A DNA stretch of 64,000 bases. Source: an uncultured Proteiniphilum sp. (GTDB lineage Bacteria; Bacteroidota; Bacteroidia; Bacteroidales; Dysgonomonadaceae). Location: positions 13,619 through 77,618 of the forward strand of contig CAYLKV010000009.1 in the NCBI GenBank assembly GCA_964384545.1. Reading direction: 5' to 3'. The translations under genes were made by a program, and so were the position numbers. The notes under the pieces were generated by a model, which saw only the letters and a list, made by a program, of their open reading frames with translations, did no database searches and was not told the DNA's origin. Below are positions 50,801-58,369 of the stretch, piece by piece; the first letter of the stretch is position 1; each line of letters opens with the position of its first letter.

Positions 50801-50808
50801 TACTTTTG
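50801..50808 (+). promoter_or_regulatory. -7 promoter box TACTTTTG for the T9SS beta-helix gene
   Basis: Plus-strand TAnnTTTG match; implies a 5' leader of about 270 nt before ATG 51088. Confidence 0.4.
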
Positions 50809-51087
50809 CAACAACAAACTACAGATATCTTACTGCATTGATTAAATTTCTTCAGGGTATTTATATTTATTTGAATAAAAAAAATTTTCTGATACTACTG
50901 ATAACATAAAAACAAATTTTATTAATAAATTTTTCAATCGGTAATATATTCTTTATTGTACACAATTAAGTAAAACCCATTTTTTATTAAAAGAAATAAC
51001 TGGTTCAAAGCTAGCATGAACTCAGCTATACTTGCTATTATTAAAAAAATGGGGTGTCAAAACATTAATCATTTAATAACTAAAAAA

Positions 51088-52407
51088 ATGAAATTAATTA
51101 ATCAAGCTATCTTATTAGTTATGGTGCTACTCTGTATACCATTCGTCACAGCTAATGGTCAGGGTTCTAGGTACACAGGAGAGTACAAAGCATCTCCTAA
51201 ATTGCAATATGTAGGTAAAAATGACTTCGTTATTGAAGGTTTAGATTTCTCAGGTGTGACAGGAGATGTTATCGGTCTTTACGACTGTAATAATGTTATT
51301 ATTAGAAACAATAGTTTCAGATCATCCACTAAAAGAGGTGTATATCTTTATAACTGTAAAAACGTAACGATCATTGATAATACTTTCGAAAATGTTCATA
51401 CTGCTCTAACAGCTTCAACATCTCAGGGTGTTAAATTTGAGTATAACGACATTAAAAACATTGGAGGTCTATTATCACAATCTAATGATACCAATAATGG
51501 TTTTGTTGCACTATTTATTCAGGTAAGTGGAGCAGGAAACAGTGTTAGTTACAATGCTGCAGAAAACATATTTGGAGAAAGCTCACCAGGAGATCTTATA
51601 AATATAAATCAGTCGAATGGTACCTCTTCAAGCCCAATTATGGTTAAAGGAAACTGGTTAAGAGGAGGCGGACCTTCACACTCAGGTGGTGGTATCTTGA
51701 TTGGTGACCTTGGAGGCTCATACCAAATAGCAGAAGATAATATACTTGTAAATCCTGGTCAATATGGCATGGGTATTGGTGGAGGAAACAATATGATTAT
51801 GCGTAACAACAAAGTATATGCAAAAAGTCAGTACTTCACAAACGTAGGTTTTAGTATTGCCAATTGGTCTGAAAGTCAATCTGGAAAATCACATACAATT
51901 ACATTCCAAAACAATATAGTAAATTATGCTAATAGCAATGGTGAAACAGGAAATTCATGGTGGATTGCCGATAATATGAAACCTGTTGTGGGAGTAGAAA
52001 CAAACAAGTATGATCAAAAACTTAATGAATCTATCTTACCTGAACAATTAGTGGGAAGAGCAAGGCTTGCTCAAACAGATCCAGGTGATCAAGTGCCCGG
52101 TGGTGATCAAGATCCTGTTGATGGTGAAGAAAATCCAAACTTCGAGTTGCCTAAAATAAACAACCATCCATCAATTACAATCTATGTAGACAAATATAAT
52201 CATCTTTGTATTAACTTGCAAACAAGATTGAAACCTGCAATGGTTATGATTGCTGACACTAATGGAAATCAAGTGTATGAGCAAGCATTAACCAGATACC
52301 ATACAGTTCTGCCTACTGATAATGAATCCGGAACCTACTATGTATATGTAAAAAATGGAGATAGGGAACATTTAAAGGCTGTAACTTTTAAAAGAGTTAA
52401 CAACTAG
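51088..52407 (+). CDS. Right-handed parallel beta-helix protein with Pro/Asp-rich linker and T9SS C-terminal sorting domain; paralog of 30687-31676
   Basis: Signal peptide MKLINQAILLVMVLLCIPFVTANG (the track start at 51016 adds an unlikely 24 aa). Beta-helix core is nearly collinear with the 30687-31676 product. Linker DPGDQVPGGDQDPVDGEENP. The C-terminal ~80 aa (...MIADTNGNQVYEQAL...SGTYYVYVKNGDREHLKAVTFK) fits a T9SS CTD. Confidence 0.8.
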   Translation: MKLINQAILLVMVLLCIPFVTANGQGSRYTGEYKASPKLQYVGKNDFVIEGLDFSGVTGDVIGLYDCNNVIIRNNSFRSSTKRGVYLYNCKNVTIIDNTFENVHTALTASTSQGVKFEYNDIKNIGGLLSQSNDTNNGFVALFIQVSGAGNSVSYNAAENIFGESSPGDLININQSNGTSSSPIMVKGNWLRGGGPSHSGGGILIGDLGGSYQIAEDNILVNPGQYGMGIGGGNNMIMRNNKVYAKSQYFTNVGFSIANWSESQSGKSHTITFQNNIVNYANSNGETGNSWWIADNMKPVVGVETNKYDQKLNESILPEQLVGRARLAQTDPGDQVPGGDQDPVDGEENPNFELPKINNHPSITIYVDKYNHLCINLQTRLKPAMVMIADTNGNQVYEQALTRYHTVLPTDNESGTYYVYVKNGDREHLKAVTFKRVNN

Positions 52408-52593
52408 TTTTTAAAGGATATATTTCAAATAATTAGCTTACAAACAATTTAAGTTTATATAGTAAAAATGTATATACAGTTACACTATATAAATCAAAAA
52501 TATAATTTTAAACATCTGTAATCGACTTAAATGGAAAGATACAAATTTCATTTAATATATTGATAAACAAACGACAACAAACAATTTTCAGAT

Positions 52594-53031
52594 ATGAAAA
52601 AAATAGTATATTTATTAAGTATAATAGCCATAGTTATTTTTGCTTCATGCGAAAGAGAGGCATCAATTATCGAATCACCAGATAATGTGAATGTTAATGG
52701 CATTTGGGACGTAACAGCATATATTGATACAATGGCAATTTCAACATCATTTACCTTACAAACATTAGTTAGCACAAGCCAAAATGGAAGCGACTCAATA
52801 GTTATCAGTGACTCTAAAGATGAGTTCTGGAGCTTTAAGGTTAAAGCAGCATTAAAAGAAGATGGAACATTTGAAACAGAACTATCTAGATGCGAAAGCC
52901 GTCCAGAGAATATAGGAATAATTGTATCAAATGGTAAAATTATAAACAAAAGTATTTATTTTGAGATACAGTTCGAAGATGATGTAACTCCATTCCATAA
53001 TGTATATAAACTAAAGGGAGAACGTAACTAA
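52594..53031 (+). CDS. Small lipoprotein (lipocalin-like / Lipid_bd-type fold suspected)
   Basis: 145 aa. Lipobox VIFASCE, then GIWDVTAY..., as in small Bacteroidetes lipid-binding lipoproteins. The opposite-strand ORF 52548-52949 is judged spurious. Confidence 0.6.
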   Translation: MKKIVYLLSIIAIVIFASCEREASIIESPDNVNVNGIWDVTAYIDTMAISTSFTLQTLVSTSQNGSDSIVISDSKDEFWSFKVKAALKEDGTFETELSRCESRPENIGIIVSNGKIINKSIYFEIQFEDDVTPFHNVYKLKGERN

Positions 53032-53042
53032 ACAATATGTAG

Positions 53043-53846
53043 TTATTTACTATCTAAAGTAATATTTTTTACCACAGATTTTTTGTCTATCAATTCCTTT
53101 AATGTGTCAACCAGTTGCTTTTTATTAAGCAGATCAAGCTTCTTGTTGATACGATGAATAGTTACAAATACAGAATCTAAAGTTCTGTTAGTAATAGAAG
53201 CAATATCCTTACTATCCATATCGTTTGCAAGTAATCCGCAAAGTATTACTTCTCGATTGGATAGTATAGGAAAAGCGTTTTGAATAATTCTCAATTCTTT
53301 TTCATAATAGACCAAATCATCTAAAGTTAATTGTTGATTTGTCTCTTCTCTGAAATATTTCTTCATAATACTGTCGAGAATTGTCTTGCCACTTCTATTA
53401 AGAAATGGTTTAAGTTTTACTATCTCATCTCTAATTGAATATAATGATGAAATTGATGCTACTAAATATTTATCAGATGCTTTAGAAAAATGAATAATAT
53501 CTATCTCTCCTAATTTAGTATTATAAATCCTTGTCATTGAGTAGTTTAAAATCTCATGCTTCCCATTTAAAAGGATTATGTGAGCTTTCTTATCAATTAC
53601 CACATCCTCATCCTTAGCTCTAATTATATCTTTTACATAAGGATTAATTTTATTCCATGTAAACAGATCAAATTTTTCATCTTCTTTCATCTCAAGAATA
53701 TCATAGGCACGTTTATTTAAGATGACTTCTTTGGTTCTTGTAAAGAAGAGTGCTGTAGCAAAAGGAATTTCATCTATATTGATTAAAATATTATCATCCG
53801 ATTGATATTTTTTATCTATTCCAATCTGAATTCTATGGTTGTGCAT
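53043..53846 (-). CDS. LuxR/GerE-type HTH transcriptional regulator with N-terminal PAS-like sensor region (paralog 1)
   Basis: 267 aa. C-terminal LSNREVILCGLLANDMDSKDIASITNRTLDSVFVTIHRINKKL is a GerE-type HTH. Collinear with the 55544-56332 product. Confidence 0.75.
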   Translation of the reverse strand: MHNHRIQIGIDKKYQSDDNILINIDEIPFATALFFTRTKEVILNKRAYDILEMKEDEKFDLFTWNKINPYVKDIIRAKDEDVVIDKKAHIILLNGKHEILNYSMTRIYNTKLGEIDIIHFSKASDKYLVASISSLYSIRDEIVKLKPFLNRSGKTILDSIMKKYFREETNQQLTLDDLVYYEKELRIIQNAFPILSNREVILCGLLANDMDSKDIASITNRTLDSVFVTIHRINKKLDLLNKKQLVDTLKELIDKKSVVKNITLDSK

Positions 53847-53869
53847 TATTGTATTTTTTAAATGTGTAA

Positions 53870-53877
53870 CAAAAGTA
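53870..53877 (-). promoter_or_regulatory. -7 promoter box TACTTTTG for LuxR paralog 1
   Basis: Minus-strand TAnnTTTG match 24 nt upstream of ATG 53846. Confidence 0.45.
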
Positions 53878-53951
53878 AAATATTCTAAACTTAAAATATT
53901 AAAGAATATTGATATATAATTCAGACAAAAAACACGATTTATGTTATTGTA

Positions 53952-55223
53952 CTAAATTATCTTATTATATATATCTAATTGAGTTTTAAGAACTTTATCC
54001 CTATCATTTCTTTCAAAGGCAATTTTTCTTGCTTCAAAAGATAACAAATCTGCCAATTCAGGATTAGTAATTATATTATCAATATTTCGAGCACACTCCC
54101 AATAATCTCCCGGAGGATAATAGAGAGCCGATTTACCATGTTCAGCAAGTTGAGGCATAGCTCCTGAAAAGGCTACAACAGTAGGAACACCCACCATCAT
54201 AGACTCTGCCAAAAACAAGCAATAAGTTTCGATATATGAAGGAACTACAACTACAGACGATCTTTGCATCTCATTTATAATCTCATCTGCACTTAACATT
54301 CCCAGCCAATTAACCGAATCTCTAATACCCAATTTATTTATCAATTTAAGTAGCCAACTTGTATATCCATTTCTGATAACACCATATTTCTTTTTTAATT
54401 GATAGTCGCCCCCAATATTCAATTTAATATTAGGATATGTTTTCTTCAAAATCGCTATTGCTAATACTAGATCATGAATACCCTTATATGGAATTGGACC
54501 TGAAGAAGATGTATAAATATTAATATGATCATTGTTTACCGGTCTTTTCCAAGCAGAAGCCTCATAAAACTTCTTCCTCAACATAATCCCAGTGTAAAAC
54601 ATTGAACATCTATTATTTACATTTCTAATTACAGAATGAACCCAATCAGATTGAACAGAAATCAAATTAGATTCACGAATTAACTGCAACTCCTTCTTTC
54701 CCTTTTTCTTAAAACTCCTTCTTATGAAATAGGGATGAAATTGTGGTTTAATTAATTCTTTAATACCGATGCATTTAATTAAATCTTTCAGCTCTAAACC
54801 ACCATAATAAAACTTCACGTAAGCAAATAAAAGACCTTGGATATCTAATAAAACCGGCGTTTTAAGTTTAGCCTTTTTTATTATATAACCAAACTCATTT
54901 TCAGTACCCCATACATGAATTAAATCAGGCTTAACCTCTTCATCAAGTTTCTTTACAAAAGTAACTAGAGCTGTTGATCCCTTATGATATTTTTTTAAGT
55001 CCTTAAATGGTATAATCCACTGAGTGATAGACTTAGAGTTTTTTTGAGTAATAGTATCAACTTCGCCATATGTAACATTATATAGATCAATATCATCCAT
55101 CTCCGCCAAAGCATTCCCCATAGCTATTAACCAAGTTCCTGTAGTCTTAATCTTCTCATCAGAAAATTGAGCACCACAAAACCAAATTATTTTCCTTTTC
55201 TTCATATCTGGGAGATTTTTCAC
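53952..55223 (-). CDS. Glycosyltransferase family 4 (stand-alone, between the two LuxR paralogs)
   Basis: 423 aa. ...VVVPSYIETYCLFLAESMMVGVPTVVAFSGAMPQLAEHGKSALYY (EX7E-like). Confidence 0.8.
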   Translation of the reverse strand: MKNLPDMKKRKIIWFCGAQFSDEKIKTTGTWLIAMGNALAEMDDIDLYNVTYGEVDTITQKNSKSITQWIIPFKDLKKYHKGSTALVTFVKKLDEEVKPDLIHVWGTENEFGYIIKKAKLKTPVLLDIQGLLFAYVKFYYGGLELKDLIKCIGIKELIKPQFHPYFIRRSFKKKGKKELQLIRESNLISVQSDWVHSVIRNVNNRCSMFYTGIMLRKKFYEASAWKRPVNNDHINIYTSSSGPIPYKGIHDLVLAIAILKKTYPNIKLNIGGDYQLKKKYGVIRNGYTSWLLKLINKLGIRDSVNWLGMLSADEIINEMQRSSVVVVPSYIETYCLFLAESMMVGVPTVVAFSGAMPQLAEHGKSALYYPPGDYWECARNIDNIITNPELADLLSFEARKIAFERNDRDKVLKTQLDIYNKII

Positions 55224-55487
55224 TACTTCGATGTATAATATCTATCTATTTTATGTCTCGATTATTAAATTCTCGTTCAAATATTAGCCAAACAGCCTGT
55301 TTAAATCTGTTCAAGCACTGAATTTTAGCTTCATTCAAGTGATGTATCATAACTTTAATGCAGTATAAGACTCTCATTAAAGTTAAGATATGTGAATTAA
55401 ATAAAATGAAGTATTTCACTTTTACGTAAAATAATTGTCCCTAATGTAACAATTATGAATAATTGCCACTGCAAAACACAAATTTGT

Positions 55488-55512
55488 ATAATTAACTAAA
55501 TTAGTTAATTAT
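55488..55512. promoter_or_regulatory. Perfect 25-nt palindrome ATAATTAACTAAATTAGTTAATTAT containing the same TTAACTAA-N-TTAGTTAA core as 50544-50562
   Basis: Read directly. 32 nt downstream of the LuxR paralog 2 stop and about 265 nt upstream of the GT4 start (55223). Confidence 0.45.
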
Positions 55513-55543
55513 TGAAAATATTTAGCTCAATGTAATGTTTAAA

Positions 55544-56332
55544 CTAATTAAACAGAGACACAGCCCTTTTGCTAAATACAATCTCTTTAAGTGTTAGTAT
55601 AAGCTCTTTTTTACTGCCAATGTTAAGTTTTTTATTAATCCTATGTATAGTCACAAAAACAGAGTCAATAGTTCTATTAGTAATAGCTGCTATATCCTTT
55701 GTTTCCATGTTATTTACAAGTAAACCACAAAGTATAACCTCTTTATGCGATAATGAAGGAAAAGCTTTCCCTATCTCCTCTATTTCGTTCTTGTAATAAA
55801 CAATATCATCTAATGTTAATTGTTGATTTTCGTCGATGAAATACTTTTTCATTAAAGATTCAACCATATTTCTTCCAGTTCTACTAAGATATGGCTTTAG
55901 TTTAGAAACTTCATCCTGAATATTATAGAGAGAATTAATAGAGGCCGCAGAATACTTTTCGACCAATTTTGTAAAATTAATAATATAAATATCACCAAGA
56001 TGTTGGTTATTTATATGAGCCATCGAGTATTTTATCAACTCATGCTTACCATTTGGGAAAACAACTACTCCTTTCTGATTTGAGATAATATCTTCTTTTT
56101 GACTTGTGAATAAATCAAAGATATTATTATTATTCCTAATCCAATAATCAAAATTGAAATAATCGCCCACTTTTAAACCCAAACACACAAATGCACGATT
56201 GTTTAGAAGTACTCTATTAGAATCTGGAAAATAAATAGCTGTAGGGAATGGTATTTCGTTAATACCTACTAATATTTTTTCATTAGATAGAACATCTCTG
56301 TTCACTCTAATTTCTACATTTAGAGAATTCAT
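55544..56332 (-). CDS. LuxR/GerE-type HTH transcriptional regulator with N-terminal PAS-like region (paralog 2)
   Basis: 262 aa. LSHKEVILCGLLVNNMETKDIAAITNRTIDSVFVTIHRINKKL. The N-terminal INEIPFPTAIYF... is collinear with paralog 1. Confidence 0.75.
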   Translation of the reverse strand: MNSLNVEIRVNRDVLSNEKILVGINEIPFPTAIYFPDSNRVLLNNRAFVCLGLKVGDYFNFDYWIRNNNNIFDLFTSQKEDIISNQKGVVVFPNGKHELIKYSMAHINNQHLGDIYIINFTKLVEKYSAASINSLYNIQDEVSKLKPYLSRTGRNMVESLMKKYFIDENQQLTLDDIVYYKNEIEEIGKAFPSLSHKEVILCGLLVNNMETKDIAAITNRTIDSVFVTIHRINKKLNIGSKKELILTLKEIVFSKRAVSLFN

Positions 56333-56360
56333 TTTGCGCTATGATTTTAAATAATTGTCA

Positions 56361-56368
56361 CAAATATA
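56361..56368 (-). promoter_or_regulatory. -7 promoter box TATATTTG for LuxR paralog 2
   Basis: Minus-strand TAnnTTTG match 29 nt upstream of ATG 56332. Confidence 0.45.
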
Positions 56369-57273
56369 TAATTTTATATATAAATCGCATCATCTGATTA
56401 AAAAAATATACTTACAAAATATTACATGAATATATATGATTCCATATATATATCTAATATTCTGTTATTTATCTCTATTTCAATTTTTATAGAATGCTTT
56501 GTTTTTTTTCATCAAAAGAGATATTGTAGAAAAATAGGCTAAATCGACAATGCAAAAATCAACTAGCATATAATCAATTAGTAAATTTATCAATATTTAA
56601 AATTACACATTAGATGTAAGGAAGAATTACTACTTTTTAATTTCACTCATACAATCAATATAAGTAACAATAGCACACGTTTAACCTTTATTACAATTAA
56701 GTACACATTTTTTCACTTAAAACTGAAGTTTATTTACAATACATAATGTAAAAAATATTATTTCATTATAAATATCTCTTATAGTAGAGATTTTACTAAT
56801 ACTATAAATTTGACCCTTGGAATATAATTTATAATACTGTCTATCATGCCATTAGGTGCAACTGCTGCCAATCCATAAGAAAGGCGTGTTGAGTACCCTA
56901 TTGACCACCTTGCAAGCAATACTAAGACATAATATCTAAACACAGGCATAGGAGTAATAGATGTTAACAATATCAAATAAAATTTATAGATAAGAAAACT
57001 ACAACTTAAAACTAATTTTCTTAGTTTAGTTTTTGCAATAGCAAATGTTGGTATCTAGATGGATCTAGGCAAACATTGGTCATTCACTTTTCCTATATCA
57101 TATTAAGACTGAGATTATAAAAAAACGACAGGAAAATAGTGTACTTTCATTGTAATACCTGAGATAATTTACCGGCCATCCAGAAACAATGATAGTTTTT
57201 TTGCCGGAGTACAATATAGATTTGCACACTATAATTTTGCTATTTATAAAGAATATCGATAGAAAGGACATAC

Positions 57274-57306
57274 AAAAAAACCCGTTGTAAAAACAACGGG
57301 TTTTTT
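57274..57306. terminator. Bidirectional intrinsic terminator downstream of rpsP
   Basis: A7-CCCGTTG-taaaaa-CAACGGG-T6: a perfect 7-bp GC-containing stem flanked by A and T runs. Confidence 0.7.
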
Positions 57307-57389
57307 ATTCAATATTTTTCTCTTAAACTTTATTATTCCTTATAAATTTAAGAAACAGTTTTCAGATAATTTTTTTGTAAAAGCTTTAC

Positions 57390-57941
57390 TTATTCAGCAG
57401 TAGGCTCTTCAGCTGGAGCTGGAGCTGCAGCTTCTTCTGTTGCTTCTGTTTCTTCTACTACAGGAGCGTTTGCAGCTTCTTCTTCAGCTTTCTTTTTAGC
57501 TAAAGCTTCTGCTCTTGCTTTATTTACTGCTTTTTCTGCATCTAATTTAGCTTTTTCTTCTGCACGTCTATTTTCATCATCACGTGTAAGTTCAGAATTT
57601 AAAACTTGTTGCTTGCCTGTTTTCCAAGCGTTGAATCTTTTTTCTGCTTCAGCTTCATCAAATGCGCCTTTAGCAACACCTCCTAAAAGGTGCTTTTTAA
57701 GCAATACTCCTTCGTCAGATAGTATATTTCTTACTGTATCGGTGGGTTGAGCACCAGTTTGCAGCCAATACAAAGCTCTTTCAAAATCTAAAGTGATTGT
57801 AGCAGGATTTGTGTTCGGATTATAAGAACCTATCCTTTCAATGTACTTTCCATCTCGTGGTGCTCTGCTATCTGCAACAATTATTTGATAGAAAGGGTAA
57901 TTCTTGCGACCTCTCCTCTGTAAACGTAATTTTGTTGCCAT
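57390..57941 (-). CDS. rpsP: 30S ribosomal protein S16 with Ala/Glu/Lys-rich C-terminal extension
   Basis: [42 protein letters not shown] is canonical S16. About 100 aa of low-complexity tail follows. Confidence 0.93.
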   Translation of the reverse strand: MATKLRLQRRGRKNYPFYQIIVADSRAPRDGKYIERIGSYNPNTNPATITLDFERALYWLQTGAQPTDTVRNILSDEGVLLKKHLLGGVAKGAFDEAEAEKRFNAWKTGKQQVLNSELTRDDENRRAEEKAKLDAEKAVNKARAEALAKKKAEEEAANAPVVEETEATEEAAAPAPAEEPTAE

Positions 57942-57983
57942 TTAGTAGTTTTTTTAAATTGTTATTATTTGTATTTGCGGGTG

Positions 57984-57991
57984 CAAAGATA
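57984..57991 (-). promoter_or_regulatory. -7 promoter box TATCTTTG for rpsP
   Basis: Minus-strand TAnnTTTG match 43 nt upstream of ATG 57941. Confidence 0.5.
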
Positions 57992-58195
57992 AACAAAATA
58001 TTGTGTTTAACAAAAAAGATTTCTTCACAAAATCAACTAAATAACATCTTAATTCAATTATTAATAATTAAAATAGACTCATTCTCAAATAAAATATCTT
58101 GCTGTTTTATATCTAAAAACACTCATATTAATCATATTTGCCCTACTCTTTTACTAATATAATCTATGCACATTGCCTTTAGAAAACCTCAAAAT

Positions 58196-58283
58196 AATTC
58201 TTACATGATCCCTATTTTACTCCTTTATAAAGAGAGTTTAAAGGGGGAAGGTAGGGCCAAATTAAGAGTAATGTAAGAATTTG
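58196..58283 (+). repeat. Copy B of the roughly 90-nt structured intergenic element (copy A at 24572-24663)
   Basis: Perfect 11-bp outer helix AATTCTTACAT (58196-58206) / ATGTAAGAATT (58271-58281) encloses a 17-bp inner hairpin CCCTATTTTACTCCTTT (58210-58226) / AAAGGGGGAAGGTAGGG (58240-58256). Confidence 0.5.
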
Positions 58284-58369
58284 ACCAAAACAATATATAA
58301 TCAGGCCCTATTGTTCATATAAATTTCCTAATTTTATTACATCAAACTATTTAATCACATATTTAATAA

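Noticed and set aside
50412-51015. Invertible (shufflon-type) promoter, as at Bacteroides capsule loci.
   Set aside because: I found only local palindromes and no pair of separated inverted repeats flanking the promoter boxes. No tyrosine/serine recombinase gene is in the window.
52548-52949. 133-aa minus-strand ORF opposite the small lipoprotein gene.
   Set aside because: The plus-strand product has a canonical lipoprotein signal (…VIFASCE). The minus-strand product has no start context or motif.
57009-57027. Dyad AAACTAA-ttttc-TTAGTTT sharing the ACTAA/TTAGT core of the operator candidates.
   Set aside because: The spacing is different (5 nt versus 1 nt), the arms are shorter, and no adjacent gene or promoter exists. 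It is too weak to count as a third operator.
57189-57290. 33-aa plus-strand ORF (MIVFLPEYNIDLHTIILLFIKNIDRKDIQKNPL) ending inside the rpsP terminator loop.
   Set aside because: There is no ribosome-binding context or conservation evidence, and its end is dictated by the terminator sequence. It is probably fortuitous.
57390-57700. Long Ala/Glu/Lys-rich C-terminal extension of ribosomal protein S16.
   Set aside because: To my knowledge such extended S16 tails are a common Bacteroidota trait, so this is not unusual for this lineage.
24572-58283. Idea that the two similar elements (24572-24663 and 58196-58283) are att-type direct repeats bounding a 33-kb genomic island integrated next to the tRNA.
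   Set aside because: The repeats are diverged rather than identical and are not derived from the tRNA 3' end. No integrase, excisionase or mobilisation gene is present, and the interval includes housekeeping rpsP.
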